From Patescibacteria group bacterium (GTDB lineage: Bacteria; Patescibacteriota; Patescibacteriia; UBA11705; DATKZF01), in NCBI GenBank assembly GCA_049319825.1, contig JBMORT010000002.1, positions 204,072 through 268,071 of the forward strand: a stretch of 64,000 bases of DNA. Direction: 5' to 3'. The position numbers were made by a program, and so were the translations under genes. Under the pieces are notes generated by a model that had not been told where the DNA came from, did not search any database, and saw only the letters and a list, made by a program, of their open reading frames with translations. The first letter of the stretch is position 1. Every line of letters begins with the position of its first letter. Of this stretch, positions 9,122-19,685 are shown in pieces.

Positions 9122-11444
9122 AAACAAAATTTTGATTTTTCTGATTTTTTTATCGGCCGCGTCATTTATCGGGCTGGCGCACCGCGTCGAGGCCGCCGCG
9201 GATTTGCAGCAAATCATTCCGCAGCTTCGAATTCCGATCCCTGATATATTGACTGAATTTCAGCAACCGACCTTCAGCACCGAAGGTGATAAAAGCTACG
9301 TGTACATCCCCTGGATCGCTCAGTATATCAGCGCCGTGTATCGCTACTCTTTGGTCATCGCCTCGGTTATATCCGTGATCGCGGTCATGATCGGCGGGTT
9401 TTTATATCTGACCAGCGCCGGCTTTCCATCCAGAATCGAGCAGGGCAAAAAATTTATTTTCGGCGCCATCACGGGCATGGTAATTATTATTTCATCATAC
9501 GTACTGCTTAACCTGATCAATCCGGAATTGGTGCGATTAAAGCCGATTAAGGTGCAAACAGTGGTTGGCGAGGTGGTGGTCGAGGGTGCGGCTTGCGAAA
9601 ATTTGAATCCGACGCAGGTCGCGGTCATTACGCCCACAGGCCCGGCGCGTCCGGATCAGGGACGATTTGCCTGCGCTAAGCCGTATGATGTCACCTCCAT
9701 CAACTCGCAGTATGTGGTGCCGACCGGCCAGCAGTGCCGCGGCGGTCATTGCGAAGATAATCAGGTCTGTACCGCTTCCGGCTGCGTTCAAGGATTGTTT
9801 TATGGCACCATCACTCAGCAGAGCGTGCCCGGATTCGGTTTGCGTTACGTTGATACAATTTATTTGTTTTTGGAAGAAGATGTCACGGGATCATCCGTCC
9901 AATTGACTCTGGGATCGATTTTCGGCACCGGATCGGCGGTGGAGACCGGCAAAGCTATTTATAAACAAGAGTATGGCGATCGCCCGACAAGCTTTTTTAT
10001 TCCCAGAACGCCGGAAGTGGTGAACGCCATTAAAGAAAACGGCGGCCGGGTAATGCTGGGAGTGGAGATCAATGACACCGGACAAAATATCAGCCAAATT
10101 TCAAAAGAATTATACGGAGATTTCGCCGGATTTTTAATTGGTAAGACGACTCCGACTATCGATGACGATTATTTTATCGGGAAAAGCGCCGCAGATCCGC
10201 GGCAGGCCGCCTGGATACAGCCGCAATGCAAAGTTTGTTTTTCTTTCGAAGTTAACGAGTCGGGCAAAGGCTACGCCGCTACCGCCGGTTGCCAGATGTG
10301 GAGCGCGCTCGAGGTGGTCAACAGCACCCAGCCGATCGAAGTAAACATCCGAGTCGGCGATTTTTTGGAAGATTATAACACTCAATCCGTTTGTGATTAT
10401 TCAAAGACATTGACCAAGACCGATGCCAAACCGGGCGGTCAATGTTTGGCCAGTGAATTGTATACCGTGAAAAAAATTGGCGGAGTTGATTATACTTGCC
10501 GGCCGGTGACTGCCAATTCTTCGGAATGGACGCGTCTGGCCGGCGCTCAGCAAAACGAGGTCTGTGACAATTTTGATTTTGTGCAGCCCAATGTTCCGCT
10601 GAACGGCACTGTTCCCGGCAATTGGAACAGCACCACCACCCAAGTGACCTGCGCCGATCAAAATACCGGCTGTTCATGGGCGATCCACGGCGCGACGCAA
10701 TGCGAATCGTCCACGCCGCTGACAAGATTGTACTGCTATGGCCGCTGTTTGGCCGGCGGCAACCAAGCGGTGGTGTCCGCTCCCGGGGAGCGCTGCGCCG
10801 CCGGCGGTGTCTGCGGTAAGTACGCAGGCGATCAATTGATATGTAATTATACTCAAAATATCTGTCAATTTGGAGAATGGGGCGATCAGTGCGTGCGGGA
10901 TGCGGATTGCAAAACTCCGGAATATCGATGCGACACATCGGAAAAAGCATGCGTGCGCACGCAAAAAGCCGCACAGCAGTGGCAGCATTGCATCGATAAT
11001 AATGATTGTCCTCAAGATTACTCGTGTTTGGAGGCGGGGTATACAAATGACTTGACTAAGTGCAAAGGTAATTTATCCAAGATGGCCGATCCGACAGAAG
11101 CGGCAAATTCAGATATCGATTACGGTATTTGCTGGCCAAACGATAAGATTGACGCTGATGGCGATACTGAATCCGATTGGGATGTGTTCGGGGTTTGCTA
11201 TTGCACCAGCTACACCGATTGCCAAGGAAACGTCAATTGGCCCGAAGCGACTTTTTGCAATACCGGCGGCGATAACTATTGCACCAAGCCGATCGCCGGC
11301 GCGCGCTGCGACGATCAGCTCGGGGTCGGTCTGCCTTCGGCGGCGACAAAGATAATCAGCCAGCCATTCCTATATTTGGATATTGGCAATGATTTGATCT
11401 GCACCTCGACCGATATTCTAAAATCCAAAAGACAATTATATTGA
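9111..11444 (+). CDS. secreted/membrane cysteine-rich protein with N-terminal TrbC/VirB2-like two-helix pilin module
   Basis: signal peptide, two hydrophobic helices separated by SAGFPSRIEQGKK loop, then ~600 aa Cys-rich region; overlaps porA stop by 11 nt and ends 1 nt before porB ATG. Confidence 0.6.
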   Translation: MTNKNKILIFLIFLSAASFIGLAHRVEAAADLQQIIPQLRIPIPDILTEFQQPTFSTEGDKSYVYIPWIAQYISAVYRYSLVIASVISVIAVMIGGFLYLTSAGFPSRIEQGKKFIFGAITGMVIIISSYVLLNLINPELVRLKPIKVQTVVGEVVVEGAACENLNPTQVAVITPTGPARPDQGRFACAKPYDVTSINSQYVVPTGQQCRGGHCEDNQVCTASGCVQGLFYGTITQQSVPGFGLRYVDTIYLFLEEDVTGSSVQLTLGSIFGTGSAVETGKAIYKQEYGDRPTSFFIPRTPEVVNAIKENGGRVMLGVEINDTGQNISQISKELYGDFAGFLIGKTTPTIDDDYFIGKSAADPRQAAWIQPQCKVCFSFEVNESGKGYAATAGCQMWSALEVVNSTQPIEVNIRVGDFLEDYNTQSVCDYSKTLTKTDAKPGGQCLASELYTVKKIGGVDYTCRPVTANSSEWTRLAGAQQNEVCDNFDFVQPNVPLNGTVPGNWNSTTTQVTCADQNTGCSWAIHGATQCESSTPLTRLYCYGRCLAGGNQAVVSAPGERCAAGGVCGKYAGDQLICNYTQNICQFGEWGDQCVRDADCKTPEYRCDTSEKACVRTQKAAQQWQHCIDNNDCPQDYSCLEAGYTNDLTKCKGNLSKMADPTEAANSDIDYGICWPNDKIDADGDTESDWDVFGVCYCTSYTDCQGNVNWPEATFCNTGGDNYCTKPIAGARCDDQLGVGLPSAATKIISQPFLYLDIGNDLICTSTDILKSKRQLY

Positions 11445-11445
11445 T

Positions 11446-12360
11446 ATGCCCACCAATCATCCTTATCATTCACCTTTTCAGCATTTAATCAATCCCGGCC
11501 ACACCGCCTGCTCCGGCTGCGGTTTAATCGTGGCCATGATTAATGTCTTGGACGCGCTCGGACCCAATACCATCATCGCCAATGCCACCGGCTGCAGCGA
11601 AGTGATTTCCAGTAAATACCCTCAGACCGCCTTCAAGGTGCCCTGGATTCATTCTTTATTTGAAAATCCGGTGGCCGTGGCTTCCGGAATAGAAGCGTCG
11701 CTTAGAAAAAACGGCAAGTCAGGTGAAATCAACGTGGTCGCCTGGGGCGGAGACGGCGCCATGTTCGATATCGGTATGGGATTTATTTCCGCCTCATGGG
11801 AAAGAAGAGAAAATATAATGATCGTCTGCCTCGACAATGAAGCATATATGAATACGGGCATTCAGGCCAGCGCGGCCACGCCACTGGACACTTATACGAT
11901 GACATCGCCATCGGGAAAAAGATCATGCGGCAATACGCTGACGAAAAAGGACATGGTGCGTTTGGCGCTGGCTCACGACGTGCCGTATGTGGCCACCGCG
12001 ACCATTGGCGATTTGATTGATTTGACCAATAAAGTGAAAAAAGCGGCCAAGATCAAAGGCCCCAAATATATTCAGGTACTGACCACCTGCGTTCCCGGCT
12101 GGAACACCGATCCGAAGGATTCAATCAATCTGGCTCGGCTGGCTCAGCAGACCGGCATTTATCCGGTTCTCGAATATGAATTTGGAAAATTGGCAGCCGT
12201 TAAAAAAGTATCCAAGGATCGGCCGCCGGTCGAGGAATATTTAAAACCTCAGGGACGGTTCCGGCATTTGTTTTCGAAAAGCGGATCTTGTCAGGCTGGC
12301 GTGGCGGCGATACAAAAAATGGCCGATGATAATGTGGAAAAGTTCGGATTGTTAAAATAA
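11446..12360 (+). CDS. porB: pyruvate/2-oxoacid:ferredoxin oxidoreductase beta subunit (TPP-binding)
   Basis: CSGCG motif and GDG..N TPP-binding region (WGGDGAMFDIGMGF..LDNEAYMNTG). Confidence 0.85.
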   Translation: MPTNHPYHSPFQHLINPGHTACSGCGLIVAMINVLDALGPNTIIANATGCSEVISSKYPQTAFKVPWIHSLFENPVAVASGIEASLRKNGKSGEINVVAWGGDGAMFDIGMGFISASWERRENIMIVCLDNEAYMNTGIQASAATPLDTYTMTSPSGKRSCGNTLTKKDMVRLALAHDVPYVATATIGDLIDLTNKVKKAAKIKGPKYIQVLTTCVPGWNTDPKDSINLARLAQQTGIYPVLEYEFGKLAAVKKVSKDRPPVEEYLKPQGRFRHLFSKSGSCQAGVAAIQKMADDNVEKFGLLK

Positions 12361-12605
12361 AATTATAATTTAAGGATAAGGATTAAGGCACCCGAATAAT
12401 GATAATCCCTTGGTGAATTTATTCGAAAGCTTTAATTTTTTTTATTGGAAACGGCTGAATGCCTGGTTTTAAATTTTTGCAATCTCAGGCTATTGCCGCT
12501 TTGATAAATGTATGATAGACTGATAAGCAAGATGTTTAAATACCTCCTGAACGGAGCTTGTGTGAAAGAGGTAATGTGGATTTCCAGTTATATATTTTAA
12601 GACAT

Positions 12606-15476
12606 ATGAACAAAACAATAAAAATAAAAGGCGCGCGGGTAAATAATTTAAAGAACATTTCCTTGGAAATCCCCCGAAACAAATTAATCGTTATTACCGG
12701 ACTGTCTGGCTCGGGCAAGTCTTCACTGGCGTTTGACACCATTTACGCGGAAGGTCAGCGTCGCTACGTGGAGAGCTTGTCTTCTTATGCCAGGCAGTTT
12801 TTAGATGTTCAGGATAAACCCGATGTCGATTTGATAGCAGGTTTGTCGCCGGCGATCGCCATCGATCAGCGCTCTTCTTCCAGAAATCCTCGATCAACCG
12901 TGGGCACGATCACCGAAACATACGATTTGCTGAGGCTGCTTTACGCGAGAATCGGCATCCCGCATTGTCCGGTTTGCGGCCGTGAATTGAAAAAACAGAG
13001 TGTCGACGAGATCGTCGATAAAATTTGGGCTATCGATCATCATGTTAATGTCACTATTTTGGCGCCGGTGCTGCGAGAGCAAAAAGGCAGCCATCGAAAG
13101 ATATTTGAAGAGTTGCAAAAAGCCAATTACTACCAAGTCCGTTTCGACGGCATTATCTATAATATTGAAGAAGCCCTCGCCATGCCGATCGACAAACAGA
13201 AAAAACACACCATGGAAGTGGTCGTTGATCGGGTGTTGCTCGACGGCGACAGAGATTTAAAAAATCAGCTGTCCGAATCGGTGAAAATCGCATTGGATCT
13301 GGGCGACGGCCTGGTTGTCATTCAACGATCGGATACCGAAGAAGATCAGCTTTTCAGCCAATATTACAATTGTCCGGAATGCGGCGTTAATTTCCCGGAA
13401 ATCGATTTGCGGAGTTTTTCGTTCAATTCGCCAAACGGCGCCTGTACGGATTGCTCCGGCTTGGGAACCAAGCAGGAGGTGGATCCCCAGCTGGTGATTT
13501 CCAACCCGCGTTTGACTTTGGCCGAAGGCGCCATCAAGCCCTGGACCAAAATATTTTCCACTCAAACGTCAAATATGCAGCTATTGGAAGCGGTGGCTCA
13601 GAAATATAAATTTTCATTGAATACTCCGGCCGGAAAATTGTCTAAAAAAGCGGTTGAGATCGTGCTTTACGGCACCGGACCCGAATTGTATCACATCGGC
13701 TCAAAATCAATGGCCTTCATCGGGGTGATACCGTTTTTGGAACAGAAATACAAAACGACAGATTCCGATTACATCCGAAAAGAGATTGAAAAATACATGC
13801 GCATGCATATCTGCCCGACCTGCGGCGGTAAAAGATTAAAAAAAGAAAGCCTGGCCGTTACTGTGGCCGGTATCAATATTTCCGAATTTTCGAACTTTAA
13901 TATCGGAAAGATCATCCAGCTCATTGCCGAGGCGTCATTAAGCGTAAAAGTCGCCGGGAAAAAGCTGCCCAGAAAGTTTGATTTAATCAAGGAGCCGCTC
14001 GATCGGCGACAGCTGGGAATCGCCGATCAGATTTTTAAAGAGCTGAAGAGACGGCTCGGCTTTATCGAGGATGTCGGCTTGGGTTATTTAACTCTCGACC
14101 GCAGCGCGGTCACCTTGTCCGGCGGCGAAGCGCAGCGCATCAGGCTGGCAACGCAGATGGGATCAAAGTTGGCTGAAGTGGTTTATGTCCTCGACGAGCC
14201 AACAATCGGTCTGCATCAGGCGGATGTTACTAAATTAATCGGCGCCCTGCAGAGTCTTAAAGCTCAGGAAAACACCGTAATCGTTGTTGAACATGACGAA
14301 TCGACCATGCTCGCCGCCGATCAAATCATCGACATCGGACCGGGTGCGGGTATTTACGGCGGAGAAGTGATCGCTCAGGGAACACCCGAACAAATCAAAA
14401 AAAATCCAAAATCATTAACGGGCCAGTATTTATCGGGCAAAAAAAAGATTTGTGCGACCGTTTCCAATCGAGCCAAACGCGGCAATGGAAAAAATATTTC
14501 CATTAAAGGCGCGACAGCCAACAATTTAAAAAATATCAATGTCGAAATACCGTTGGGGAAATTCGTTTGTATCACCGGCGTTTCCGGCTCGGGCAAATCG
14601 ACCTTGATGACCGATATTTTATCAAAGGCGCTGGCCAGGCAGTTCTATCGGTCAAAAGAATTGCCGGCAGAACATAAAAGTATTGACGGCATTCAGCACC
14701 TGGATAAGGTGATTACGATCGATCAATCACCGATTGGCAGGACGCCGCGCTCAAATCCGGCCACCTACACCGGCGTGTTTACCTATATCCGCGATTTGTT
14801 CACGCAAATTCCCGAAGCCAAAATCAAAGGTTATGACGCGGGTAAATTCAGCTTTAATGTCAAAGGCGGCCGCTGCGAAGCCTGCGGCGGAGACGGATTC
14901 GTTAAAATCGAAATGCAGTTTTTGCCCGATGTTTATGTGATCTGCGAAGAGTGCAAGGGAACCAGATATAAAAAAGAAATTCTGGAAATTCATTATCGAG
15001 GCAAAAACATCGCCGACATTTTGGAAATGACCATTGCCGAAGCCAATGAATTTTTCAGCGATATCCCTATTCTCAAAGAAAAATTGACTGTCTTGCAAGA
15101 AGTTGGTTTGGGCTATTTAAAGCTCGGTCAAAGCGCCACTACCTTGTCCGGCGGCGAGGCGCAGCGCATTAAACTGGCGACCGAACTTTCAAGGTATTCG
15201 ACCGGAAAGACTCTTTACATCCTTGATGAGCCGACCACCGGTCTTCATTTTGACGATATTAACCGACTGCTATTGATACTGAACCGCTTGGTCGATAAAG
15301 GCAATTCGGTGCTGATCATCGAGCATAATGTCGATGTTATCCGGCAGGCTGATTGGATTATTGATCTTGGTCCAGCAGGCGGTGAAAACGGCGGTTATCT
15401 GGTGGCTCAGGGAGCGCCGGCGGACATCATTAGGTCCAAAAAATCATTAACCGGTAAATATTTGAAAAAATCGTGA
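12606..15476 (+). CDS. uvrA: excinuclease ABC subunit A
   Basis: two ABC ATPase modules with Walker [10 protein letters not shown] / GVSGSGKST, zinc-finger CxxC pairs, 957 aa; first ATG in ORF at 12606. Confidence 0.95.
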   Translation: MNKTIKIKGARVNNLKNISLEIPRNKLIVITGLSGSGKSSLAFDTIYAEGQRRYVESLSSYARQFLDVQDKPDVDLIAGLSPAIAIDQRSSSRNPRSTVGTITETYDLLRLLYARIGIPHCPVCGRELKKQSVDEIVDKIWAIDHHVNVTILAPVLREQKGSHRKIFEELQKANYYQVRFDGIIYNIEEALAMPIDKQKKHTMEVVVDRVLLDGDRDLKNQLSESVKIALDLGDGLVVIQRSDTEEDQLFSQYYNCPECGVNFPEIDLRSFSFNSPNGACTDCSGLGTKQEVDPQLVISNPRLTLAEGAIKPWTKIFSTQTSNMQLLEAVAQKYKFSLNTPAGKLSKKAVEIVLYGTGPELYHIGSKSMAFIGVIPFLEQKYKTTDSDYIRKEIEKYMRMHICPTCGGKRLKKESLAVTVAGINISEFSNFNIGKIIQLIAEASLSVKVAGKKLPRKFDLIKEPLDRRQLGIADQIFKELKRRLGFIEDVGLGYLTLDRSAVTLSGGEAQRIRLATQMGSKLAEVVYVLDEPTIGLHQADVTKLIGALQSLKAQENTVIVVEHDESTMLAADQIIDIGPGAGIYGGEVIAQGTPEQIKKNPKSLTGQYLSGKKKICATVSNRAKRGNGKNISIKGATANNLKNINVEIPLGKFVCITGVSGSGKSTLMTDILSKALARQFYRSKELPAEHKSIDGIQHLDKVITIDQSPIGRTPRSNPATYTGVFTYIRDLFTQIPEAKIKGYDAGKFSFNVKGGRCEACGGDGFVKIEMQFLPDVYVICEECKGTRYKKEILEIHYRGKNIADILEMTIAEANEFFSDIPILKEKLTVLQEVGLGYLKLGQSATTLSGGEAQRIKLATELSRYSTGKTLYILDEPTTGLHFDDINRLLLILNRLVDKGNSVLIIEHNVDVIRQADWIIDLGPAGGENGGYLVAQGAPADIIRSKKSLTGKYLKKS

Positions 15477-15487
15477 CATTGACAAAA

Positions 15488-15862
15488 ATGCAATTTAATT
15501 ATAAATTAAAAAAGTGCCAAATCGGCGCTTTTTTTGCAGTGAACCAATGCTCTTGGGGGGAAAAGAGCATGACCGGAGCGGCCATCAGTTCGGAAATTAC
15601 CAATGTGCAGCAGGGGAATGACGTATCTCGGGTTTACTGTCGATCTTGCGGCAGCTTGTTGCCGCGATCAGGCATAGCTCTGGTCGATCACCAGCGTTTG
15701 CCCAATTGGGTACGATCATTATTTTCGGAATTGAAACCCAATGAACAGCATATTTTGACATACCACCCGCAGCTGGTTATTTGGCAGCAGTTTTTCCCGC
15801 GGTTGGATTATCTGCCGCTTAAATGCTGTAACTGTAACGGTCCGGTGACTTCAAACGAATAG
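15488..15862 (+). CDS. hypothetical small Cys-containing protein
   Basis: ORF immediately after uvrA; CRSCG and CCNCNG motifs; no family recognised. Confidence 0.3.
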   Translation: MQFNYKLKKCQIGAFFAVNQCSWGEKSMTGAAISSEITNVQQGNDVSRVYCRSCGSLLPRSGIALVDHQRLPNWVRSLFSELKPNEQHILTYHPQLVIWQQFFPRLDYLPLKCCNCNGPVTSNE

Positions 15863-15989
15863 AACCGTCAACAATTGGCGGTTTTTTAAAATACAAATAA
15901 AAGGAAATATCAATAAAAGAACGGCGATCTTATGTCAGCGGCGCATATAAAATTGATTGCGAAAAAAAACTACCTGCGTGGGGTAGTTA

Positions 15990-16406
15990 TCATCTGGTTT
16001 CCAAAAGTTTTTCAACTTCGGCGATTATTTCAGACGCCCTGATCGGTTTATCAATGTAGGCGTCGGCGCCATAAAGCGGAGATGTCATCTCGTTCAGATT
16101 GGGACCGATCGCCGTCACCATCAGGATCAGCGTCCTTTTTGTCCGGTGAGACTTGGCGGCTCCGCCGTTGGCAGTATATTGACGATCCTCCCAAGCCCTG
16201 ATTCTCCGGCAGGTTTCCCAGCCATTCCCAATCGGTAGCATGACATCCAAGATAATTACGTCTGGTCGAAATTCCACAAAGACATTAAAGGCGGTATCGC
16301 CGTCATAGGCTTCGAGCACCTGCAGTTCGAAAAATCTCTTTTTAAATGCTTTTTTGATAATCCGGCAATAATCTTCGTCGTCATCAACGATCAACAGTCT
16401 ATCCAT
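15990..16406 (-). CDS. stand-alone response-regulator receiver (CheY-like) domain protein
   Basis: IVDDDED acidic pocket, phospho-acceptor D in ILDVMLP, MVTA and DKP signatures. Confidence 0.75.
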   Translation of the reverse strand: MDRLLIVDDDEDYCRIIKKAFKKRFFELQVLEAYDGDTAFNVFVEFRPDVIILDVMLPIGNGWETCRRIRAWEDRQYTANGGAAKSHRTKRTLILMVTAIGPNLNEMTSPLYGADAYIDKPIRASEIIAEVEKLLETR

Positions 16407-16496
16407 GATTTTTCTCCCCCTCAGAGAAAAAGACGATAACGGCAGTTTACCTTAATTTTTTTTGAAAATCAAGGAGATTGAGAACAGACCGTTTGA

Positions 16497-16931
16497 TTAT
16501 GCCTTTTCCTCGAATGCCCGGCCAAAGACCTCAAACACATGAGAGCGCCGGATCGGATTGGGAATCCGATAGTCAGCACCCCAGCCGACAATGTCGTTTT
16601 TCCAAAATTCGCTGTCCGATTTTACTCCAACGATAATGAAATGACGACCATATTTTCCGATATCGAGCAGTGGATCGAGATTAAAATGGAATTGTTCGTC
16701 TATGAAAATGAGGCGGATTTGGTATCGGAAAGTCAGATCCCTGACATAAATCACATCTTCGGTGTTTACAATAAAAATTTGTTCGTTTATCGGGCAAAAT
16801 ATGTTTTGCAGTTGCCTGAATAATTCGAAATTTTTTGAAAGAACCAGCATATGAGGGATGCGCAGGGTTTTGGATAGCCATTCATCTCGATTTGCCGGCG
16901 ACTGCTTTTTGCGATAAATCCGTTGCCGCAT
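16497..16931 (-). CDS. hypothetical protein, possibly degenerate receiver-like fold
   Basis: alternating hydrophobic strands resembling REC topology but acidic pocket absent. Confidence 0.35.
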   Translation of the reverse strand: MRQRIYRKKQSPANRDEWLSKTLRIPHMLVLSKNFELFRQLQNIFCPINEQIFIVNTEDVIYVRDLTFRYQIRLIFIDEQFHFNLDPLLDIGKYGRHFIIVGVKSDSEFWKNDIVGWGADYRIPNPIRRSHVFEVFGRAFEEKA

Positions 16932-16970
16932 GTTTATCCCTCCCTATTTAAAAAAATTGATGAATTAAAA

Positions 16971-16991
16971 AACGGAAAAAGTTTTTCCGTT
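16971..16991. terminator. terminator hairpin AACGGAAAAA/TTTTTCCGTT after rplS
   Basis: 10-bp inverted repeat flanked by A/T runs directly at rplS stop. Confidence 0.55.
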
Positions 16992-17317
16992 TATTTGATT
17001 TCTTTAAGCTTTTTATTCGAGGTCCGAAGATGCTTCAGCTTGGCTCGATTTGTCTTATACTGTTTCTTTACGGTTATTTTCTCGATCGAGGGCATATTGA
17101 GCGGAAATATTTTTTCAACCCCGACACCGTCGGAAATTTTTCGAACTGTGATTGTGGCGCCCGATTGCGACCCGTGTTTTCTGGCTAGAACAGTGCCTTC
17201 AAAGACCTGTATTCTTTCTTTTTCTTCTCCTTTGGGGTTAAGTTCTTTGATCTTTTGGTAAATTCGAACAACTTTGCCGGGCTGGACATCTTGATGAATT
17301 TGTTTGGTTTCGGACAT
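16991..17317 (-). CDS. rplS: 50S ribosomal protein L19
   Basis: VFEGTVLARKHG..ATITVRKIS.GVGVEKIFPL signature. Confidence 0.9.
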   Translation of the reverse strand: MSETKQIHQDVQPGKVVRIYQKIKELNPKGEEKERIQVFEGTVLARKHGSQSGATITVRKISDGVGVEKIFPLNMPSIEKITVKKQYKTNRAKLKHLRTSNKKLKEIK

Positions 17318-17422
17318 ATTAATGGAAATAATAAGTAAAAAATAGTAAAAATATTGACGGTTTGGAGAATTGGGCAGTAACCGATCAACTGCAGTTAAGT
17401 TTAGACTTTTTTTCCGCCATTG

Positions 17423-17983
17423 TCAAGCATTTGAAAATATAATCTTTGCGCATGCCCGAACAGCGTCATCGAGCCGATTTTCAGGGTTAGCTACTGAAAA
17501 ATCGGCATATTTGGCCATTTCTTTTTCAGCCGGTATTTTTTCCAATCGTTTTTTTATTCGTTCCGAACCGAGATGCCTTTTTTTTAACCGGTTTTCCAAT
17601 GAAGCAGTGTCATTCCCGTCAATGAAAATGATGATAGAATCGTGGCGGTGGAATTCCGGCTTGTCGATGGACAGCGGATCGATCGTGCCGATCGCCGCTT
17701 TGCCACGGCTCCAAATATCCTCAATGTTTTCCATTGACTTGCCGTAATAATTGCCGTAGACAAGATCGTATTCCAATAGTTTTTTTTCTTCGATAAATTT
17801 TTGGAAATTATCGGTCGACACAAATTCATATTCTCCCGTTGTTTCATGGTTTTCACCGCGCGGCTCGCGGGTGGTATAGGTTTTTATCCTTTCCAGCCGG
17901 TCAGGATATTGCTGCAGCAGTTTATTGATGATGGTCGTTTTTCCGGCTCCCGACGGTCCGGAAATGATTATCAATTTATACAT
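17423..17983 (-). CDS. gmk: guanylate kinase
   Basis: P-loop GPSGAGKTT, YTTREPR..E..G..Y.F. Confidence 0.9.
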   Translation of the reverse strand: MYKLIIISGPSGAGKTTIINKLLQQYPDRLERIKTYTTREPRGENHETTGEYEFVSTDNFQKFIEEKKLLEYDLVYGNYYGKSMENIEDIWSRGKAAIGTIDPLSIDKPEFHRHDSIIIFIDGNDTASLENRLKKRHLGSERIKKRLEKIPAEKEMAKYADFSVANPENRLDDAVRACAKIIFSNA

Positions 17984-17989
17984 ATGGTA

Positions 17990-19555
17990 TTACGCATTGC
18001 CCGAATTACCCAGAATTTGTTTTTTGTTTTTTAATAAGAATTCAGCCGCCTCTTCCTTGGTGTAGATCCTGGCGGCCAGTTGCTCTTCCCGGACCATTTC
18101 CTTTGCTGCTTTGATCCACGGGCCGCCTTTTTTAATCATGAATACCTCCATTATTTCCATGCCGTCTAAAAGCTCGGCCGGCAGATGCTGCTGCTTTTCT
18201 CTAATGGCGTTGATTTTGCGGATTCTTTTGACCAGAGCATTATAATTATCCAGCGGCACAGATCCGTCAGGCCTAAGCGAGCATAACGAGTCGAGATAGA
18301 AAAGCATCAGCAGGCGATGACCTTTGGGACCCATGAAATATTTTTCAATGGTAGTATTTTTAATGGTGGCCGGGTTGGCGGAAACCGCGGTCATGTGCCT
18401 CTCTATTAAAAATTTGATCTGCTCGATTTGCTTTTTGGGAAATCTCAGCCGGCGTAGGATTGCATCGGCGATTTGCGCCCCGGCTTCATCATGACCGAAA
18501 AAGGTGATTTTCGCTTGTCCGTTTTTTTGGGTTTCTTTTCTGGTGGCGGGCTTGCCGATGTCATGAAGCAGCATGGCCATGACGAATTGCCCGTCAATTT
18601 TCGAGTCCGGAAATTGTTTTTTGAATTCCGGGGATTCAATCTTTCCGAGCATCAGCTTAGTATGTTCCCAGGTATCGCCTTCATAGTGGAATTCCGGCGG
18701 CTGCTCGCAGCCTTTTAGCGCCGACAATTCAGGCACGATCTGCTCGAAGACTCCTGATTTGTCAAAGAGGTCAAAGGCTCGGGTCGGATTGGCTTCCAGG
18801 GCCTTTAGCATTTCTTTTCTGATCGTATCTTCAGGCACGATTCGTTCTGTTTTGCCTTCGTTATTTTTCCTGGTGTCATTTAAATGCTTAGCGTTAGCAA
18901 TGATCGCCTGCCAAGTTTTCGGCTCGATTTCAAAGTCGAATTTGCAGGCGAAGCGGATGGCGCGCAATATTCTCGAATAGTCTTCTTTGAATCTTTCATT
19001 CGGATCGCCGACCGCGCGAATGATTTTATTTTCCAAATCCTTTTGCCCGCTGAAAGGATCGATCAGCTTGCCTTCGCGGACATCATAAGCCATGGCATTG
19101 ATAGTCAGATCGCGCCGGCCGAGATCTTTTTCGATCGGTAAATTGGGATCAGCCTGCACTTCAAAATCGCGGTAGCCGCCGGTGCCGGCAGCGTATTCCA
19201 CGCGCGGAAAAGCGATATCGATCGCTTCTTTGAGGCTTGAATCGGCGGGCATGAATTTATAAACGCCGAAATTTCTGCCGACCAGATCCAGGCTGCCTTT
19301 TTCCCGGGTCAAGGCGCTTTCTAATTCCTCTCGCGATATTTTTCTGAAAATAAAGTCATAATCCTTTGATTTCCCGGCTCCCAGCAGCGTGTCCCGAACA
19401 ATTCCGCCGACCAAATACAATTCCAACTGATCAAGCTCTTGATTTTCGATCAGGTCATCCAAAAAGCGCTTGATCGACGGCTCGGTTAAGATTTTTTTGC
19501 GGAGCTTATCTTCGGGCGTTTCTTTTTTGAAAAATATTTCTTTAAAAAATTTCAT
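17990..19555 (-). CDS. cca: CCA-adding tRNA nucleotidyltransferase with HD domain
   Basis: pol-beta NTase motif LVGGIVRD plus HD motif LLHDIGKP. Confidence 0.8.
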   Translation of the reverse strand: MKFFKEIFFKKETPEDKLRKKILTEPSIKRFLDDLIENQELDQLELYLVGGIVRDTLLGAGKSKDYDFIFRKISREELESALTREKGSLDLVGRNFGVYKFMPADSSLKEAIDIAFPRVEYAAGTGGYRDFEVQADPNLPIEKDLGRRDLTINAMAYDVREGKLIDPFSGQKDLENKIIRAVGDPNERFKEDYSRILRAIRFACKFDFEIEPKTWQAIIANAKHLNDTRKNNEGKTERIVPEDTIRKEMLKALEANPTRAFDLFDKSGVFEQIVPELSALKGCEQPPEFHYEGDTWEHTKLMLGKIESPEFKKQFPDSKIDGQFVMAMLLHDIGKPATRKETQKNGQAKITFFGHDEAGAQIADAILRRLRFPKKQIEQIKFLIERHMTAVSANPATIKNTTIEKYFMGPKGHRLLMLFYLDSLCSLRPDGSVPLDNYNALVKRIRKINAIREKQQHLPAELLDGMEIMEVFMIKKGGPWIKAAKEMVREEQLAARIYTKEEAAEFLLKNKKQILGNSGNA

Positions 19556-19561
19556 AAATTT

Positions 19562-19685
19562 TCCACCCCACTTTCAGTGGGCCTGTTTTTGAAGCCGACT
19601 GAAAGTCGGGCAGAAATTAAGTATTTCTACCCCACTTTTAGTGGACATTGTTATCTGAGTACACTGGAAGTCGGGCCGAAATTAT
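19562..19685. repeat. tandem ~62-bp duplicated unit carrying paired REP-like hairpins (CCCACTttcAGTGGG / CCGACTgaaAGTCGG)
   Basis: two diverged copies; each unit has two related short palindromes of form CCNACT-NNN-AGTNGG. Confidence 0.5.

Noticed and set aside
9344-11355. Numerous 60-240-aa ORFs on both strands inside the 777-aa gene and inside uvrA
   Set aside because: They overlap long motif-supported CDSs, so they are shadow ORFs.
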